A stretch of DNA of 63,958 bases, filler included, from Trypethelium eluteriae (lineage: Eukaryota): the NCBI GenBank assembly GCA_051942245.1. It is 3 parts of 3 records of this genome, joined end to end, with 100 filler letters (N's around TTAATTAATTAA, not from the genome) between each part and the next. Parts side by side here need not be neighbours in the genome. Positions count along the whole stretch, not along the records: positions 45,392 to 63,958 come from JAVECL010000555.1; 2 more parts are not named here. One strand, written 5' to 3'. A program made the translations under genes and the position numbers. The number at the start of each line of letters is the position of its first letter. Position 1 is the first letter of the stretch. This document shows positions 51,530 through 63,958 of this stretch, one piece after another. The notes beneath the pieces were generated by a model that ran no database searches, was not told the origin of the DNA, and saw only the letters and a list, made by a program, of their open reading frames with translations.

Positions 51530-54500
51530 CCTAGACGATTCTGCGTTGGAGGAATCGTTGGCCTCATGAGTACCACCTGGACGATTTATTTGTTTTTCCC
51601 CCTTTTGCATTGGGCGAGGTGCGCCTGGTTTGGATACGGAGTAAGCGGCGAGGTCGAGAGGCGGACGGTAGTTACTTTCTTCTCTTCCAACAGACCGCTT
51701 TTCACGAAAATTTTGGATTGGGAGGATCTTGGAACCAACAAAAGCACTTCCCTTTCGGATTCTTGTTTCGCCTTTTTTTTCTGTACATGTATGTATTTTC
51801 ACCATCAGCAGCATCAAGGCGGCGCAATGCAGAATGGGAGCTACAAATTCGGGCGAGTCTGAAAGGAAGAGTTTCACGAGCTAGAAAGAGTTTGGGGGGA
51901 TGCAGATACGGGGTTACCTACCTGATACACGAAAGTATCGACGTACAATTTGTTTTTATTCGTTTCACAATTTTTAGTGGGGACGGGGATCACCGACGAG
52001 CCTCTGGGTATCTGGATTCCTGGGGAAACCGCAGCAAGGGCGATCAACAGGTACACGTTCGGAAACACTGGCCGGACTGCTGGCGTCGTTGTTGATCAGC
52101 GACGATCAGGAACTATAACCGCACGTGGAATACGATGGCAAGATTGTCGCGCGGCAGCTCCATCTAATCCTCTTGCATCTTGCCCCTGGCCAGCCGCGAG
52201 ACAAGTGGAGTATCGAAAAATTTTCCTTGAAGGCGCGCGAGCAAACCCTCAAATGCAAACGGAGGACGAGAACACTGCAGACTGCTGAAGTTTATTACCA
52301 CCAACACGAATCTGAAGCACAAGGAGCTAGAATTTTCAATGCGCCAGGTACAGAGGCGGATCAAGTATAGAAATCCTTCGGAGAATTATCCACTAATTTC
52401 TGATACTCTATTGACACAAAAAACATATCTACCCCCCAAAAGCAAACTGCAAACACTGGAGTTTGGCTTGCGGGTGGTTGTTTTAAACACTGGCACGAAT
52501 CATGGGCCGAAGCAAGGTGACCCCTGAGCTGAAGGAGATTTCGGTACCCCGTAAACGGACAAAGTTTCGGCTAGCCAAGCTCCCTTCTTGCCGTTTTGGC
52601 GCGTGTTGTTCAACGCCAAGTGGAGTTTATGATTTTGTTTTCTTCGCTTGGGTACTCCGTACTCCGTACTTTCCTCATAGCTCCACGGGAGATGCCGTAG
52701 ATCTCGCCAGAGCACAGGAGGGCACCAAGGAGCGAAGAGTTCTAGTCGCTACAGGTCTCCGCAAAATTCACAGCGAGCTGACTATTTCTCACTGCTCTAG
52801 TTACCAGACTAGCTCCCCAGCACATTAGACGTTGAATTAAGATTTAATCGGTGATCACGGTGGCTGTGAAGCAGATTTGCAAGATAGACTTGGCGGCAAG
52901 CCCGTCTCGATAAGCTTCATTCTCCACATACGCCTCAGAGAGAGGAGAGGGAAGAAGGGCTTGCAGCTAATCGGTGTGCATGCGAGGCTGCGATGCAACA
53001 TGTGCTACATTCAGTTTAGAAGCCAAGTGCCTGATTGGGCGGATAAGGCAAAGATGGCTAGGGTGTACCTTTGAGGCTTAGTGGCAGATCATCTCCCGAC
53101 GGAAACGGTATGGCGCCAGCTGACAGCTTCCCCTTTTCGGGCTGCTCGGGGCGTCGGAAAGCGGGTCACTTAGACACGACACAACAGAGACACTTTTCGC
53201 TGACAGCAGCTAACTATCTCTCGTGCATCAAGAGACGACAGCAAAGAGGGAAAAAAAATCAAATGGCGTTCCTCTGGCGTCCACTAGCATAGTTATTACG
53301 CCTACCATTGCTTTTCAATTTTCTGTTGTGAAGGGCTTGGTAGGATTCACAGCTTCAAGTTGTTAGCGCCATCTGTGTTTCATGAACAAGCATGGCGCGC
53401 TTGCTTGCACTCCCATCTGGGTCGCGAGGGTGCCTTTGCTGCGCTTCGCGTTTGGCGCCGCTATTGAATTAAGAGGAGAGAAATTAGGATACGGAGCATT
53501 ATGATGGAACTTAGGAGAAAAGGAAATATGGTAGACGAGTCAGGGTGTCTCTGGCCATTTGGCGCTCCTTTCGGTCGCTCTATCTATCCCCGAAGCTCTA
53601 CCTTGCTTTTATTTCCCTACTATTCCCCGCACTGGCGAAGGGTAAGGTACTGTATTGCACCATTGGGGCACCATTGGGTAATTGGTCTTGGGAATTGTCA
53701 TCGGTCACGCGTTCATTTGCCGACCGAGGACCCCAAGTTCATCTCTGCGTACCCTCTGTTGGAGTGTCATGACAGGTAACGTAGATTTTTTCTTTTTTGT
53801 CTTCCTTCCTCAAACTATCGCGCTGCACCCACGGAATCGGTATCGATCATCGCTGCTTATAGCCATGCACGTCAGTGAGTTGGATATTCAGGTCAGAGGC
53901 CAGAGAGCGATTAGATTATGGTTTAGCCTCTCAAAGCTCCCTAGGGGCCATGCAAGCCACAGACGACTGGCGCTGTGCCGGCTTTTCATCTTGCGACGGA
54001 GGGCTTTTTCTTTCTCCCCACACGGCCGGATCGTAGGCTAAGTTAGCCGTATCTGCTCGCGACTTGGTGCACACGTAACCCTGCGCCAGTGAGTAGCGAA
54101 CCTCAAGCGCTTAACCGAGTCGGTGCTAAGCGCGGTGCGGGCGTTGGACCTGTCGGGAGGGTTGCCCTGCAGAAAATGATGAACACTGGCCGGGAAGAAG
54201 AAGCACCTGTTGCAGCCACTGAGTGAAAGAAATGATTCGGTACCGGGGCCCTGGAGCCCGAAGAGGCCAGGGAGCCAGTGCCGGCGGCAAAAGATTCCTG
54301 CTGATTGTGCTGGCGACGGGGCCATTCAGGCGTCCTGATACCTGAGATTCTGCAAGCTGGCCACTATTGGCCGATTGACGTAGGGGTCAAAGGTGAAGGG
54401 AAAGCTCTCGCTCACCAGTCGGCCTAGTGCCTCCTCTAATCCCGATGGAGTCTACTGGCGAGCGTGGTAGGGGGCTTCACGGAAGAGGGGCGGGATGGCT

Positions 54501-55580
54501 TTTTTTTGACGGGGTGCAAGGGCGGCCCAGGATTTGAGGGATTGCAGGTTCATGCTGGCCCCATGCATGGGCAGGGCCTGGGAGTGGTGGGAGTCTCTGG
54601 CACCTCTGGGAAGCTTGGGGGAGGGCGAGTGCTCGGGTGTGCAGGTGGCTGTTCAGTGTTCAGCCAGCTTGCCGGCTAGCGACGCGGGCAAACGTCATCT
54701 CTCCAAGACGCCTGAAGTCCACCCACATCATCGTGTTGTCCCGAGTTTATCTATGCTTCAGGGCCCCCCCCCTTTGGACGACGTCGTGATCAGCAATTTT
54801 TCGTCCCGAACAAACTCTGTACTCATTCCCGCGATTTCACTCCGCTTCGTTTCCTTTTGCCTAAGCCCCAATCCACCACTGCAATCTACAATCTGCAATT
54901 CTCATTCGCAGCCTGAGCTCACCTTCCTGATCGTCGCTGCAACTGCGCCTCTTCGTATTTCCTCTTCCTGAACCACGCATCACTATTCGATCCGGCTATC
55001 TCTATATCTCTACTCTATCATACTTCCGACCGGGGACCAGCTTCTTTAACAGCAGCGGTGCTCGTGCAATATTACCACCATTACTACGGCTTGCCCTAAT
55101 CTGAACGCACGGGTCATCTCTCGTGCAGACGCGCCAGGGCTTAGCATCGCGCCGTCACAGCAAGTCGCCACGCCGTTGTTGGTCTGTTGCCCCCTTGTTA
55201 CCTCGTTGGATCTTGTCCCCTTCACACCCTGGCCTAAAGGACAGCCAGCCGAGCAGCGATCGGCACCTGAGACGACTGCATCACTTCCCGGCACCGGCCA
55301 CGCACTCGGGAGCTCCCTGGCGGACTTTAAAGAGAACTGCTGATCCTGTACATCAGACTTTTGTTTGATCGCCTTCCCCACGTTGTGTTGTTGTATGAAC
55401 AGGTCCCTTATTTTTTTTTTTTTTGTCTCGACTTGTAATCTAACAAGACCCTGCGTACCTGTTCACCCTCAATTGTTTCGAACGCGAATCCCTTAACCCC
55501 CTTGTTGACTTTCATTGCCAACAACACCGTCATACTTTAATCGACACTTCCCCTAGTCCTCGTCTTGTCAATCAGCAAAG

Positions 55581-56765
55581 ATGGCCATGGCAGTGGACAA
55601 TCGTCAACAAGCGTCGATGGGCACAATGGGGTACGACCCGCTTCGCTACCCTCCTGGACCCCAGTTTACGAACCCTTGGGCTTCACAAACTTCGGCGCCA
55701 TCCTCATCTTCTCAACTTTACCCATCCACCCTGGCTGCTGGTCGGTCAAGCGGTTTAGAAAGCAGTCCTCAGCAGACAATTCCCAGATCAAGCGCAGTGT
55801 CCTCAATGCCATATGCCACCAGCATTCCGGTCACTTCTGCGCCCATTGGAACAGGTATTAGTCTTCCACCAGATGCCCTGTACGGACAGCAAAACTTACT
55901 GGACGTTCCGCAAGAAGTCTTGAATCCAGGCAGGTCATATCCTGGTGAGGTCTCGGCCGCTGAAACCACTACCGCTGCTACGTACGCACCTACTTCTGCT
56001 CCTCAATATGCTATGGATTACGCTCCGACTCGTACTGCTTATGACTATACGCAAGATGCTGTCAGGCGAGGCTCTCATCCGTAGGTCACCTTTTCACTGC
56101 TATACAAAGACGCATGTTAACGGTTGTGTTAGTCTTTCGCAGCCACAAGCACGAAGTACCTTCAGCGACGCTCTCGATGCAAGCCGCGGCATGGTCGCAA
56201 TGAGCCAAGACATCACCCCACGAAACATTTATGGCAACGCAGGCAATCGGAACTCTACCGATTCTTATGGTTTTCCGGCAACGCACTCTGCCCACTCGTC
56301 CATTTCATCAGCCAGCTACAACCCATCCTATTACCAAGGTTCAGTAGGCGACTCATCGGTGACTGATTACAGCTCAGCCTCTGAATCTGTTGGCGATATG
56401 GGTAGCCGGACTCTCCCTCGTCCTACCGCATTGCTCGGACCCAACCTCCCTCCCGCACCGCAATCGATGATGGGTCAATTCAGCTCCAAGGTTTCGTCGA
56501 GCTCGCAGAAGAAACACAAGTGCAAGATCTGTGACAAGCGATTTACTCGACCTAGTTCACTCCAGACTCATATGTACAGCCACACTGGCGAAAAACGTAC
56601 GTGTCCATGATGCCCTTGAACAATTGACGATTTGCTAACATTTTCGTAGCATTTGCATGCGATGTAGAGGGTTGTGGCAGACACTTCTCCGTTGTATCAA
56701 ATCTTCGTCGACATCGCAAAGTACACAAAGGCGACCGGGATCATCCGTCGCCGGAAGAAGACTGA
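55581..56765 (+). CDS. flbC: C2H2 zinc-finger developmental transcription factor (FlbC/FLE1-like), 3 exons
   Basis: QSMMGQFSSKVSSSSQKKHKCKICDKRFTRPSSLQTHMYSHTGEK|PFACDVEGCGRHFSVVSNLRRHRKVH; Ser/Pro-rich N-terminus. Orthology recognised from memory of the zinc-finger region. Confidence 0.85.
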
Positions 56766-57940
56766 TCGAGTGAAGATATCTTCTCCTAGTCCTGTCACGC
56801 GATCACGATTCGTCATTCTGCATATAATCAGCTCCTCAGCATGAATCTGGATACGCAACCTTAAAAATAATGCTTCGGGCGCTCCTTAATGCGTATTCAG
56901 GATACCCTTCGAGGGGTCGGGATTCAAAGTCCTGTTTCTTACCATTACATCAGTCGTTACTATACCTAGATACCCTTGGCGTCCTCTAATTATTTCTTAA
57001 TTTTTGGGAGATACTGGCTGGGGGATTACTTTGAAATATCTTTGTTGCACGGCGTTCATTGGAGAGAAGTCGCGAGCAGATGCGCACGTTATGGCGATTG
57101 TGGCCTTTGACGCTCCTCGCACATTGTTGTAACACTACCTCTTTTGTTTGTACGTGTTTCGAAGGCTGAATGGCTTTCGCGCACAACTGGAAAAGGCCAC
57201 GAATATGAAGGAGGAATCAAATACGCAGGGAAGTGAAGTCACCTCTGGCACATTCCTTTTCCTAATTTACACGGACCCGTTACCATTTGTACTACTAGTC
57301 AATTAGATGCCTCTTGCAAAAAAGAGAGAAGCGACTTTATGCTTGTTGAGGGCAACCAACAATTTAGCAACTTTATTGTGTTCAATCTCCTTCACAACAT
57401 TTTCCCAACTGGCCTTGTCGTGTATCTACCTACCTAATGTTGGATGGGGATTTTTTGCTATACCACGCAGACCTGCAATTCAGGTCACAGGGTATGATCT
57501 CATCTCTGCCTGGACCCTGATTGCCCGGGGCCGCAGCTGCGGTTGGCTCCTTCCACCTTCCAAGTCTTTCACGCCTACGGTAGTACGCTCGTGCACGACC
57601 AACACACATTACATTATTTCCCCCTCGAATATTCCCAAGCGAAAAGAGCTGCCTCAAACAGGCAGCTTCACACCGCATTCTGCCCACCAGTCAGCACCCC
57701 AGCGATCCCCACTTTTCTTCTCGCTGCATACCGGCACACGCCAGGATACCGGGGTGATAAGAGAGGTAGGTTAGGTAGAGAGGGGGACCACGAAAACAGG
57801 CAAGCTGCACTGTCGATCCGCGATTGCGTCAATGGCGCTCGTGCGGTGACAAGGGTGCTGGGGTGAAGACGGCAGGGGATTGGAACAGAGGGAAAGTGGA
57901 GAAAGAGGAGATGGCACGACTCGTTGTTGGCTGCAGCGGA

Positions 57941-57966
57941 GCGGCGGCGGCGGCGGCGGCGGCGGC
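57941..57966. repeat. (GCG)n microsatellite, ~8.7 units
   Basis: gcggcggcggcggcggcggcggcggc. Confidence 0.9.
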
Positions 57967-60170
57967 TCAGGCTGGCACCTCTGGCTTCTTCCTCTCTCTC
58001 CTAGACGATTAGCGTTGGACCCTGACGCTGTGGTGAGTAGGGGTGACACATCGCCTGTTCGTTGTTGATTGGCCTGCGGGCCGGACTTGTGGGGGGGTAA
58101 GAAGGGTTGGTAGCCAATGAGGTCGTGGGTTTGGTACGACCATAGGTTAGGGAGGGATTACGGTCCCTGAGATAATGGGAGTGGAGAAGGGAGGAAAACG
58201 TGGGTTTGGCTCTCCAATACCGTAGGATGGTAGGGATATACTGTGGTAGGCAGGTAGGGTATGTCAGAGTGATGAGGTACTTTCATTAACCAGGGTTCTG
58301 GTCCGGCGCAGTCGGATGATGACCTCGTTCGGAAGAGCCAATGATGATGGTATCACCATATCTTCCAGCTTGTCTTCTTTGTCGCTTTGCGAATTCCGAG
58401 CACTCTGGCTAGCGTGGTGTTGGTTTGGTGAGCGAGGCAAGATAGACGAATCGCCCATCCGGTCGGTTCCCTAGTTCTTTCGAGAAGAAGCATGATGACG
58501 AGAGACTGGTGGTGCAGCTTCTCACCTTCTGTGGTCCCGCGGCATTTGACCCATGTCAGCCCATGCTCCCGCTACTTTGTTACTGACGTTTTGGCGTTTT
58601 AGGCACACCGGATGCGGCGTTACACGAAGGACCCTTTTTCGTGCTCGTGCTGGGCGCTGCTTTGGCTGCTGCTTTCCCATGCACCATGCTCTCCTGTGCC
58701 TTCCTGTGCTTTCTTGGTCCCCTCCATGTTGGTCCTGTTTAACCTTTTCCAATGCGTCTGCCCGACACCGTTGCAGGAAAGCCAATTCGTATCCGAGCGT
58801 GCCCAGCTGCCTAGCTTCTGCCCTACCGTGCCTACCACGAACCGCCAGGCCGACGCAAGACACCACGCACGAGATAAGCTCAATGCATCTGGTGGCGTCT
58901 CAGCCCCTCCGCTGCCCTGCAGCCGCCTTCATCACCACCAGATTTCAGAAGCGGGGAACCGCAATCTGGCGCCTCTGCCATGCCCCTGTTTCTGCAGCAC
59001 CCATCGACATCAGCATTCGTACTGCAATCTTTCTTGGGTGCACTTGATTGCCTAAGTGCATGCGTACGCAACTAATTTCACAATTGGGGAGTCAACTAGG
59101 GCACCTGGGGAGTCGTTGATTTCTTTTTCCTCCCAAGATATCAGACGCGAGGCAAGGATCTCATCAAGAACATGCGCACTCGCGAGTCACGGTGCATAGG
59201 TAAAAGAATACGATAGAATACGACCTCCCGTTCACTTCCCCAATCTGTCAGTCCCTGCATCATCGGTTGGAGAGTCAGACCCTTGGCCCTTCCAACTCCA
59301 AGGTACGCTGGTACCTTGACGAGCTCGGCCCTGTCCTTTCATCCTTTGGTATCGCTCGCAAAAGCTCCTCATTTCTGCCTGGTGCAGGGTTTGCGCACAG
59401 CATGCTTGTTGTAATTATGGCATAGTCCAAGCTCGCCGTCAGGAAGAGGAAGAATCTCGCATCAAAGCTCATGCGCCCTGCCACTGAAACATCATCCATC
59501 CCGAGCTTCCTCCGACTAATGCTTGGGTTCTGACTGACGGCTCGCGTGATAATGCGGCTCTGCCAGGTGTTGTCTCCCGGCTGGGCTGAGCGCGGGAACA
59601 GGCGTGTTGGTAGGATCTTCAGGGTCTTGAAGATTGGCGATGCCGGGCAAGAGCCGCGATCGAAGTCCTCGAGGAGGACCATCTATTCTTACCTTACGTA
59701 GACCGGTCGAGCCTCACCACGTGAGATAGGAGGCCTCAAACAGGATACATTGTTAGCATGATATTCGGTTTGATGTTTCAAACACCTTAAAGAGGATCCC
59801 GAAACGTAGCAAGGCTTTTTGCCGTTGCCCAGGCTTAGAACACGTACGCTCCAATAATACTGATGAGGCTGAGCGACAATATGTGCCCAGAAATTTCGCT
59901 GAGAGCCTCCTGGCCCATCTGAAATAGAAACAGGTGACATGTGTTCAGGAAGTAGCTCTTTTTTGAGGTTTCTAATATCGTCTAATTCATTGGGTTCTTG
60001 TCTGAGGACTATTTCCATTCTCTGGTAATATACAGGAATTCATGCCGGCTATTCCTCTACCTGCGTGAAGGTAGGAAGTTTAGTAGCGTTGAAGAAGATC
60101 TTGCATGCGCTTGTCCGTAGTCCCCTTTGCAATTGTCTAGTAAGTCAAAGTCAATACCTGGAATTTCTCT

Positions 60171-61010
60171 TCAAGAGACAGGAAGGATAATACTCACGTC
60201 TTTGAGGTTCTGTATGATCTTCACGACATCCTCAAATTTTTTCGATTCCGTCATCGTCAAATCCAGCTTCTGTCTCAACTTCTCATTCTCCCGCTCAAGC
60301 TTCATTTTCTCTTCCTTCTCTGCTCTCATCCTAAATTCGAGCTCTTGCAGCCGCGCCTTCTCAGCTTCCGCCCTCTTCCGGAGAAGCTGTATTTCCGGTT
60401 GAAGCTTCTTCATCTCTTCTTGCACCGCCGATTTCTCTGCTTCCACGTTCTTGAGCTTCATGCCAGACTCTTCGAGGCGCTCTCTATGCTCGTCGATCTC
60501 ACGGTGGGCATCTTGCAGCAACGACACGACATCGCGCTTCCCTCCCACGCCCTCATCCAAGACAAAGCGCAGAGCGGACATCGTAATTTCCTTACTTTCT
60601 TTCTCGAGCGATTCCAACGCTGTGCGCCCAGTCGTCACGAGATTCTGGGACTGCTTCAAACGCTCCGAGAGATTGGTCCGGGCAGTGCTGCGAGTTGTCT
60701 CCGCGAGGACTTGTTCGATTTGCACGTTCAGCGTGGATAAGGCTTTGATTTTGGCAGAGGGTTCAAGGTGCGACACGCGAGGAGCGAGTCTGCGGACTTT
60801 ATTGAGGATCTCCTTCTTGTGCTGGCTGTCGACTGTTGCGGTTTGCTGGTTGGGGCCAATAGGTCTCGCAGATCCTGCTCCAGTGGCTTTTTTCGTTACC
60901 GTAGAAGCCGCTTTTCCCCTTTCCCGAGTAGTTTGCTTGGGCTGCTTGCGATTTGGTTTGATATCGCCGTTGAGCTGTACCTTCTGGTCAGGTACATGAG
61001 TGGGCCTGAC
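60171..61010 (-). CDS. Hypothetical coiled-coil protein (boundaries uncertain)
   Basis: Open frame from a probable acceptor near 61010 to a stop at 60171. E/K/L/R-rich heptad-like C-terminal half; first exon not resolved. Confidence 0.55.
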   Translation of the reverse strand, partial: VRPTHVPDQKVQLNGDIKPNRKQPKQTTRERGKAASTVTKKATGAGSARPIGPNQQTATVDSQHKKEILNKVRRLAPRVSHLEPSAKIKALSTLNVQIEQVLAETTRSTARTNLSERLKQSQNLVTTGRTALESLEKESKEITMSALRFVLDEGVGGKRDVVSLLQDAHREIDEHRERLEESGMKLKNVEAEKSAVQEEMKKLQPEIQLLRKRAEAEKARLQELEFRMRAEKEEKMKLERENEKLRQKLDLTMTESKKFEDVVKIIQNLKDVSIILPVS

Positions 61011-61277
61011 TAGTGCTCAGCTATCTCAAGACTGACAGACTGAACAAGGGTTTTCTTAGATGTGAGTTGTGGCCTTGGCGGCAGATGGCTTGTCTCAACT
61101 CAGATGGCGCCTGCCCATGACGTTTTCGTAAGTGAATGATGGTATGGTTATTTACGTCCCTCACACATCTTTCAAGGCTGCCGGTGTGAGAAGCAAACAT
61201 CTTCTTTTAGTGAGAGGCGAGAACACTGCCGATATCTTGATGATGTTCAATATTCCTATGGTCTTATGTTTCTTTGC

Positions 61278-62914
61278 CTACACAGTAATCATGACTGAGG
61301 CGTTCTTATACCAACTCAACAGTAGATTCTCGCCATTCCGCGTCTGCGTATCCTCCACGTAAGCCCACCGCTTCACAAACTCCTCGTGAGTCAAGACTCT
61401 TGTCAGCTTCCCTGTAATCGCACGATACATCTCCTCCATCATGCCAAAGTCCGTTGGGAACAAGATGTCAAAATAACCTTGCTGAACCTACACATGCCGT
61501 ATTAGCGCATCTCCTTGTCACAGAGACTGACCATTGCAGACAGTAGAGCCTGCGCTAGAACTCACCAGGGGCGTGCTCACAGGCACCATCCTCCGCCGAT
61601 ACCGCGTCTGCACCACCGGCGCATTCACCCCTTCCACCGCATCCGGCAACGCCCGAAAATCGCTCGTCACCAGCCGATGTGCCGGGAAATACTCATACAG
61701 CACGTCGAAAAACTGCATCAGCCGCGTGGGGATCCACTCTGGACGCGTCAGATTGGGCGCCAGCGGGAGCAAGGACTGTAGATGCCGCCGCATGCTCGAT
61801 CCCAGGAGATTGCTGCTCGCACTATACTTGGGGCTTGCAGCGCGGCGCACGCGTAGGAAGCGAGCGGCGACCGGATCGAGGGTGCGCGTGTAGAACTCGA
61901 AGAAGTCGCCGTTGGCATCCACGAGGACGCTGCCCTGTAGGGGGACCTCGGTAACGGGATCGAAGCGCAGGCAGTCGTGGGCGAAGTTGTCGAAGACCTC
62001 GAGAGCGAGGAAGAAGCAGGGGGAGGAGACGTAGGTGGTCCAGTCGAAGATGGAGCGGTTGATGATCTCGACTTTGGCGAGGTGGCCCTCGGCGTTGAGG
62101 GAGTGGGAGAGCTGTTTGTTTTGGAGGTGGGCGAGGGTGTTGGAGACCTCGATGACTTTGAATTTGGTGCGGGCATAGACTTCGGGATCGGTGTCGCGGA
62201 TGTAGTCGAGAATGTTGAGCATGAGTGTTCCATTGCCAGCTCCCATCTCGTAGATGAGGAGGTCGTGATAGGGGTACAGCGACAACTTGTAGTTTGTGAC
62301 CAAGTACCGTGCAATTGTTTCCCCATAGTACGGTCTGAACAATTCTGTCGGTGTATGCCAAAGCTGTCGCGTCTCGTCTAGCTCTTTTTCGTCTAGTTTA
62401 TCCTCGAAGCTTGTATACCTTTCTCCTAACAATCTGTAGAAATCTGGCTCGTCGCGCATCCTGTTGAATTCGAAAGGCTTTCCGGGACTAAAGATCACGG
62501 CTTGCTTCGTGAAGTAGCCATAATTAGGATTGTACAGCGAATCTGAAGTACGATAGTCAGCGTGAAGGTTCTGCCAGAGATATTGAATCTCATCTTACCT
62601 TCTATGAAGTCCCTCATGAGCATTTTGACCCGTCGAGGCCTTTCGCGCCGAGACCTTAGCATATCCGATGTTACTGTAGGATAACGCTTGAACTCTTCGG
62701 TCTTGTCTTCAGGCATATAATCTGATCGCGGCTGCCATATGATTTGCGTGCGCTTGTCCGGTCCATGTTTGCTAATGCTGCTTCTGAAGCCCCGAAGCTG
62801 GCGACGACAATTCGCGCAGATATACTGTGGCCGTCTACTCGAGAGTGAATTGAGACCTCTTGTTCCTTGCAGGGCCTGTCTGCTGAGAGAAGGAATGGCG
62901 ACGCGAAATTCCAT
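61278..62914 (-). CDS. Mitochondrial SAM-dependent methyltransferase, NDUFAF7/MidA (DUF185) family
   Basis: Presequence-like start MEFRVAIPSLSRQ, MLMRDFIE|DSLYNPNYGYF, LWHTPTELFRPYYG, IYEMGAGNGTL, ALEVFDNFAHD, GYFDILFPTDF. Confidence 0.88.
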
Positions 62915-63072
62915 AGGACTGGGAGTAGCTTTGTGAGAGGGGAGGTCAAGCTCTTTTCCCGATGCAACAACTTTTCGATCCTTCACGTCATCTACGCGCG
63001 GAAATACACCTTGATAGACAAGAAACAAATGTTCGAACAGCGGCAACTATTGGGAGCAGCCAAAATTTCAGG

Positions 63073-63958
63073 ATGGGTCAGATGGACCAATATTCTCGTT
63101 GGTCCATTGTCGTAGCGTTTGCTACAGGCGTCTTTGTCTCCGTGGCCTTCCAGGCAATATATGCGCACGGTGATAAAGAGCAGAGGCAAAGAAAATCCAG
63201 CACTCAATCTGCGTCTTCACGCAATGTCGAAGTACGCTCGCTTGAGAGTTCGAGCATCAAGGAAGGCATTGAAGGATGTATTGGCAATACGCCCTTAGTC
63301 CGAATCAAATCTCTTTCAGAAGAAACGGGCTGCGAGATTCTTGCCAAAGCCGAGTTCTTAAATGGCGCTGGCAATAGCCCCAAGGATCGTGCAGCATCGA
63401 GTATCATTTCAATGGTAATCCATATATCTATTGAATTTGCGATTCTCAAGTGACCATTACTGTAGGCAGAAGAACAAGGGCTCTTAAGACCAAATTCTGG
63501 AGACGTAATTTACGAGGGCACAGTAGGGTCAGACCAAGCCAGCCCCTTCACAAACACTGATTTCGTAGTCTGACAGTTCATGATTGCAGATCGACAGGAA
63601 TCTCCCTTGCAGCCATCGCCCGAGCTCGTGGCTACAATGCGCATATGTAAGCCCCTGCTCCCTCCCCACCACCAAGTATCAATCCACCTTCTCATCTCCC
63701 TTCCAGCTGCATGCCCTCCGACCAATCCACCGAAAAGTCCTCGCTCCTCCTCCACCTCGGCGCCACCGTCGACCGCGTCCCCCCGGCCTCCATCATCGAC
63801 CCGAACCACTTCGTCAACAGGGCCCGCACCCTCGCCGCCGCGCACACGACGTCTCCGACGCAGCCCGGCCGCGGCTTCTTCGCCGACCAGTTTGAGACGG
63901 CCGCGAACTGGCGCGCGCATTTCGAGGGGACGGGCCCGGAGATCCTGGCGCAGGCGGG
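63073..63958 (+). CDS. Cysteine synthase-like PLP enzyme with N-terminal membrane anchor, runs off window end
   Basis: N-terminal hydrophobic segment, [24 protein letters not shown] (PLP Lys), YEGTVG|STGISLA, FFADQFE. Confidence 0.88.

Noticed and set aside
57000..60100. Several 60-165 aa ORFs downstream of flbC
   Set aside because: Overlapping on both strands with no motifs. Some may be exons of an unrecognised gene, but this cannot be supported.
1..63958. Transposons, tRNA/rRNA genes, CRISPR arrays, RiPP-like repeat precursors
   Set aside because: No transposase/RT motifs, terminal repeats, RNA-gene signatures or periodic repeats were seen by eye; tRNAscan and RepeatMasker would be needed to exclude small elements.

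Overview
This is intron-rich filamentous ascomycete DNA with GT-AG introns and CTAAC/CTGAC branch sites. It contains two artificial 100-bp spacers (N44-TTAATTAATTAA-N44 at 22597-22696 and 45292-45391). The centrepiece is a putative ~39-kb secondary-metabolite locus (5230-43844) bracketed by two complete, outward-facing highly reducing PKS genes (KS-AT-DH-cMT-ER-KR-ACP, no release domain). Between them lie two FSH1/LovG-type serine hydrolases (one with a non-canonical nucleophile elbow), a Cys-nucleophile dienelactone hydrolase, a FATP-type acyl-CoA ligase, two P450s, a DHA1 MFS transporter and a NACHT-less SesB-like/ankyrin gene. No pathway transcription factor or classical acyltransferase is evident. 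One spacer falls inside the locus, so linkage of its two halves needs confirmation. The flanks look like core genes: mitochondrial NAD(P) transhydrogenase on the left; PCD1-like Nudix, PFA4-like DHHC, PAS hybrid histidine kinase, flbC-like C2H2 factor, NDUFAF7-like methyltransferase and a cysteine-synthase-like gene on the right. Gene models were spliced by eye and family calls rest on motif recognition; no searches were run.
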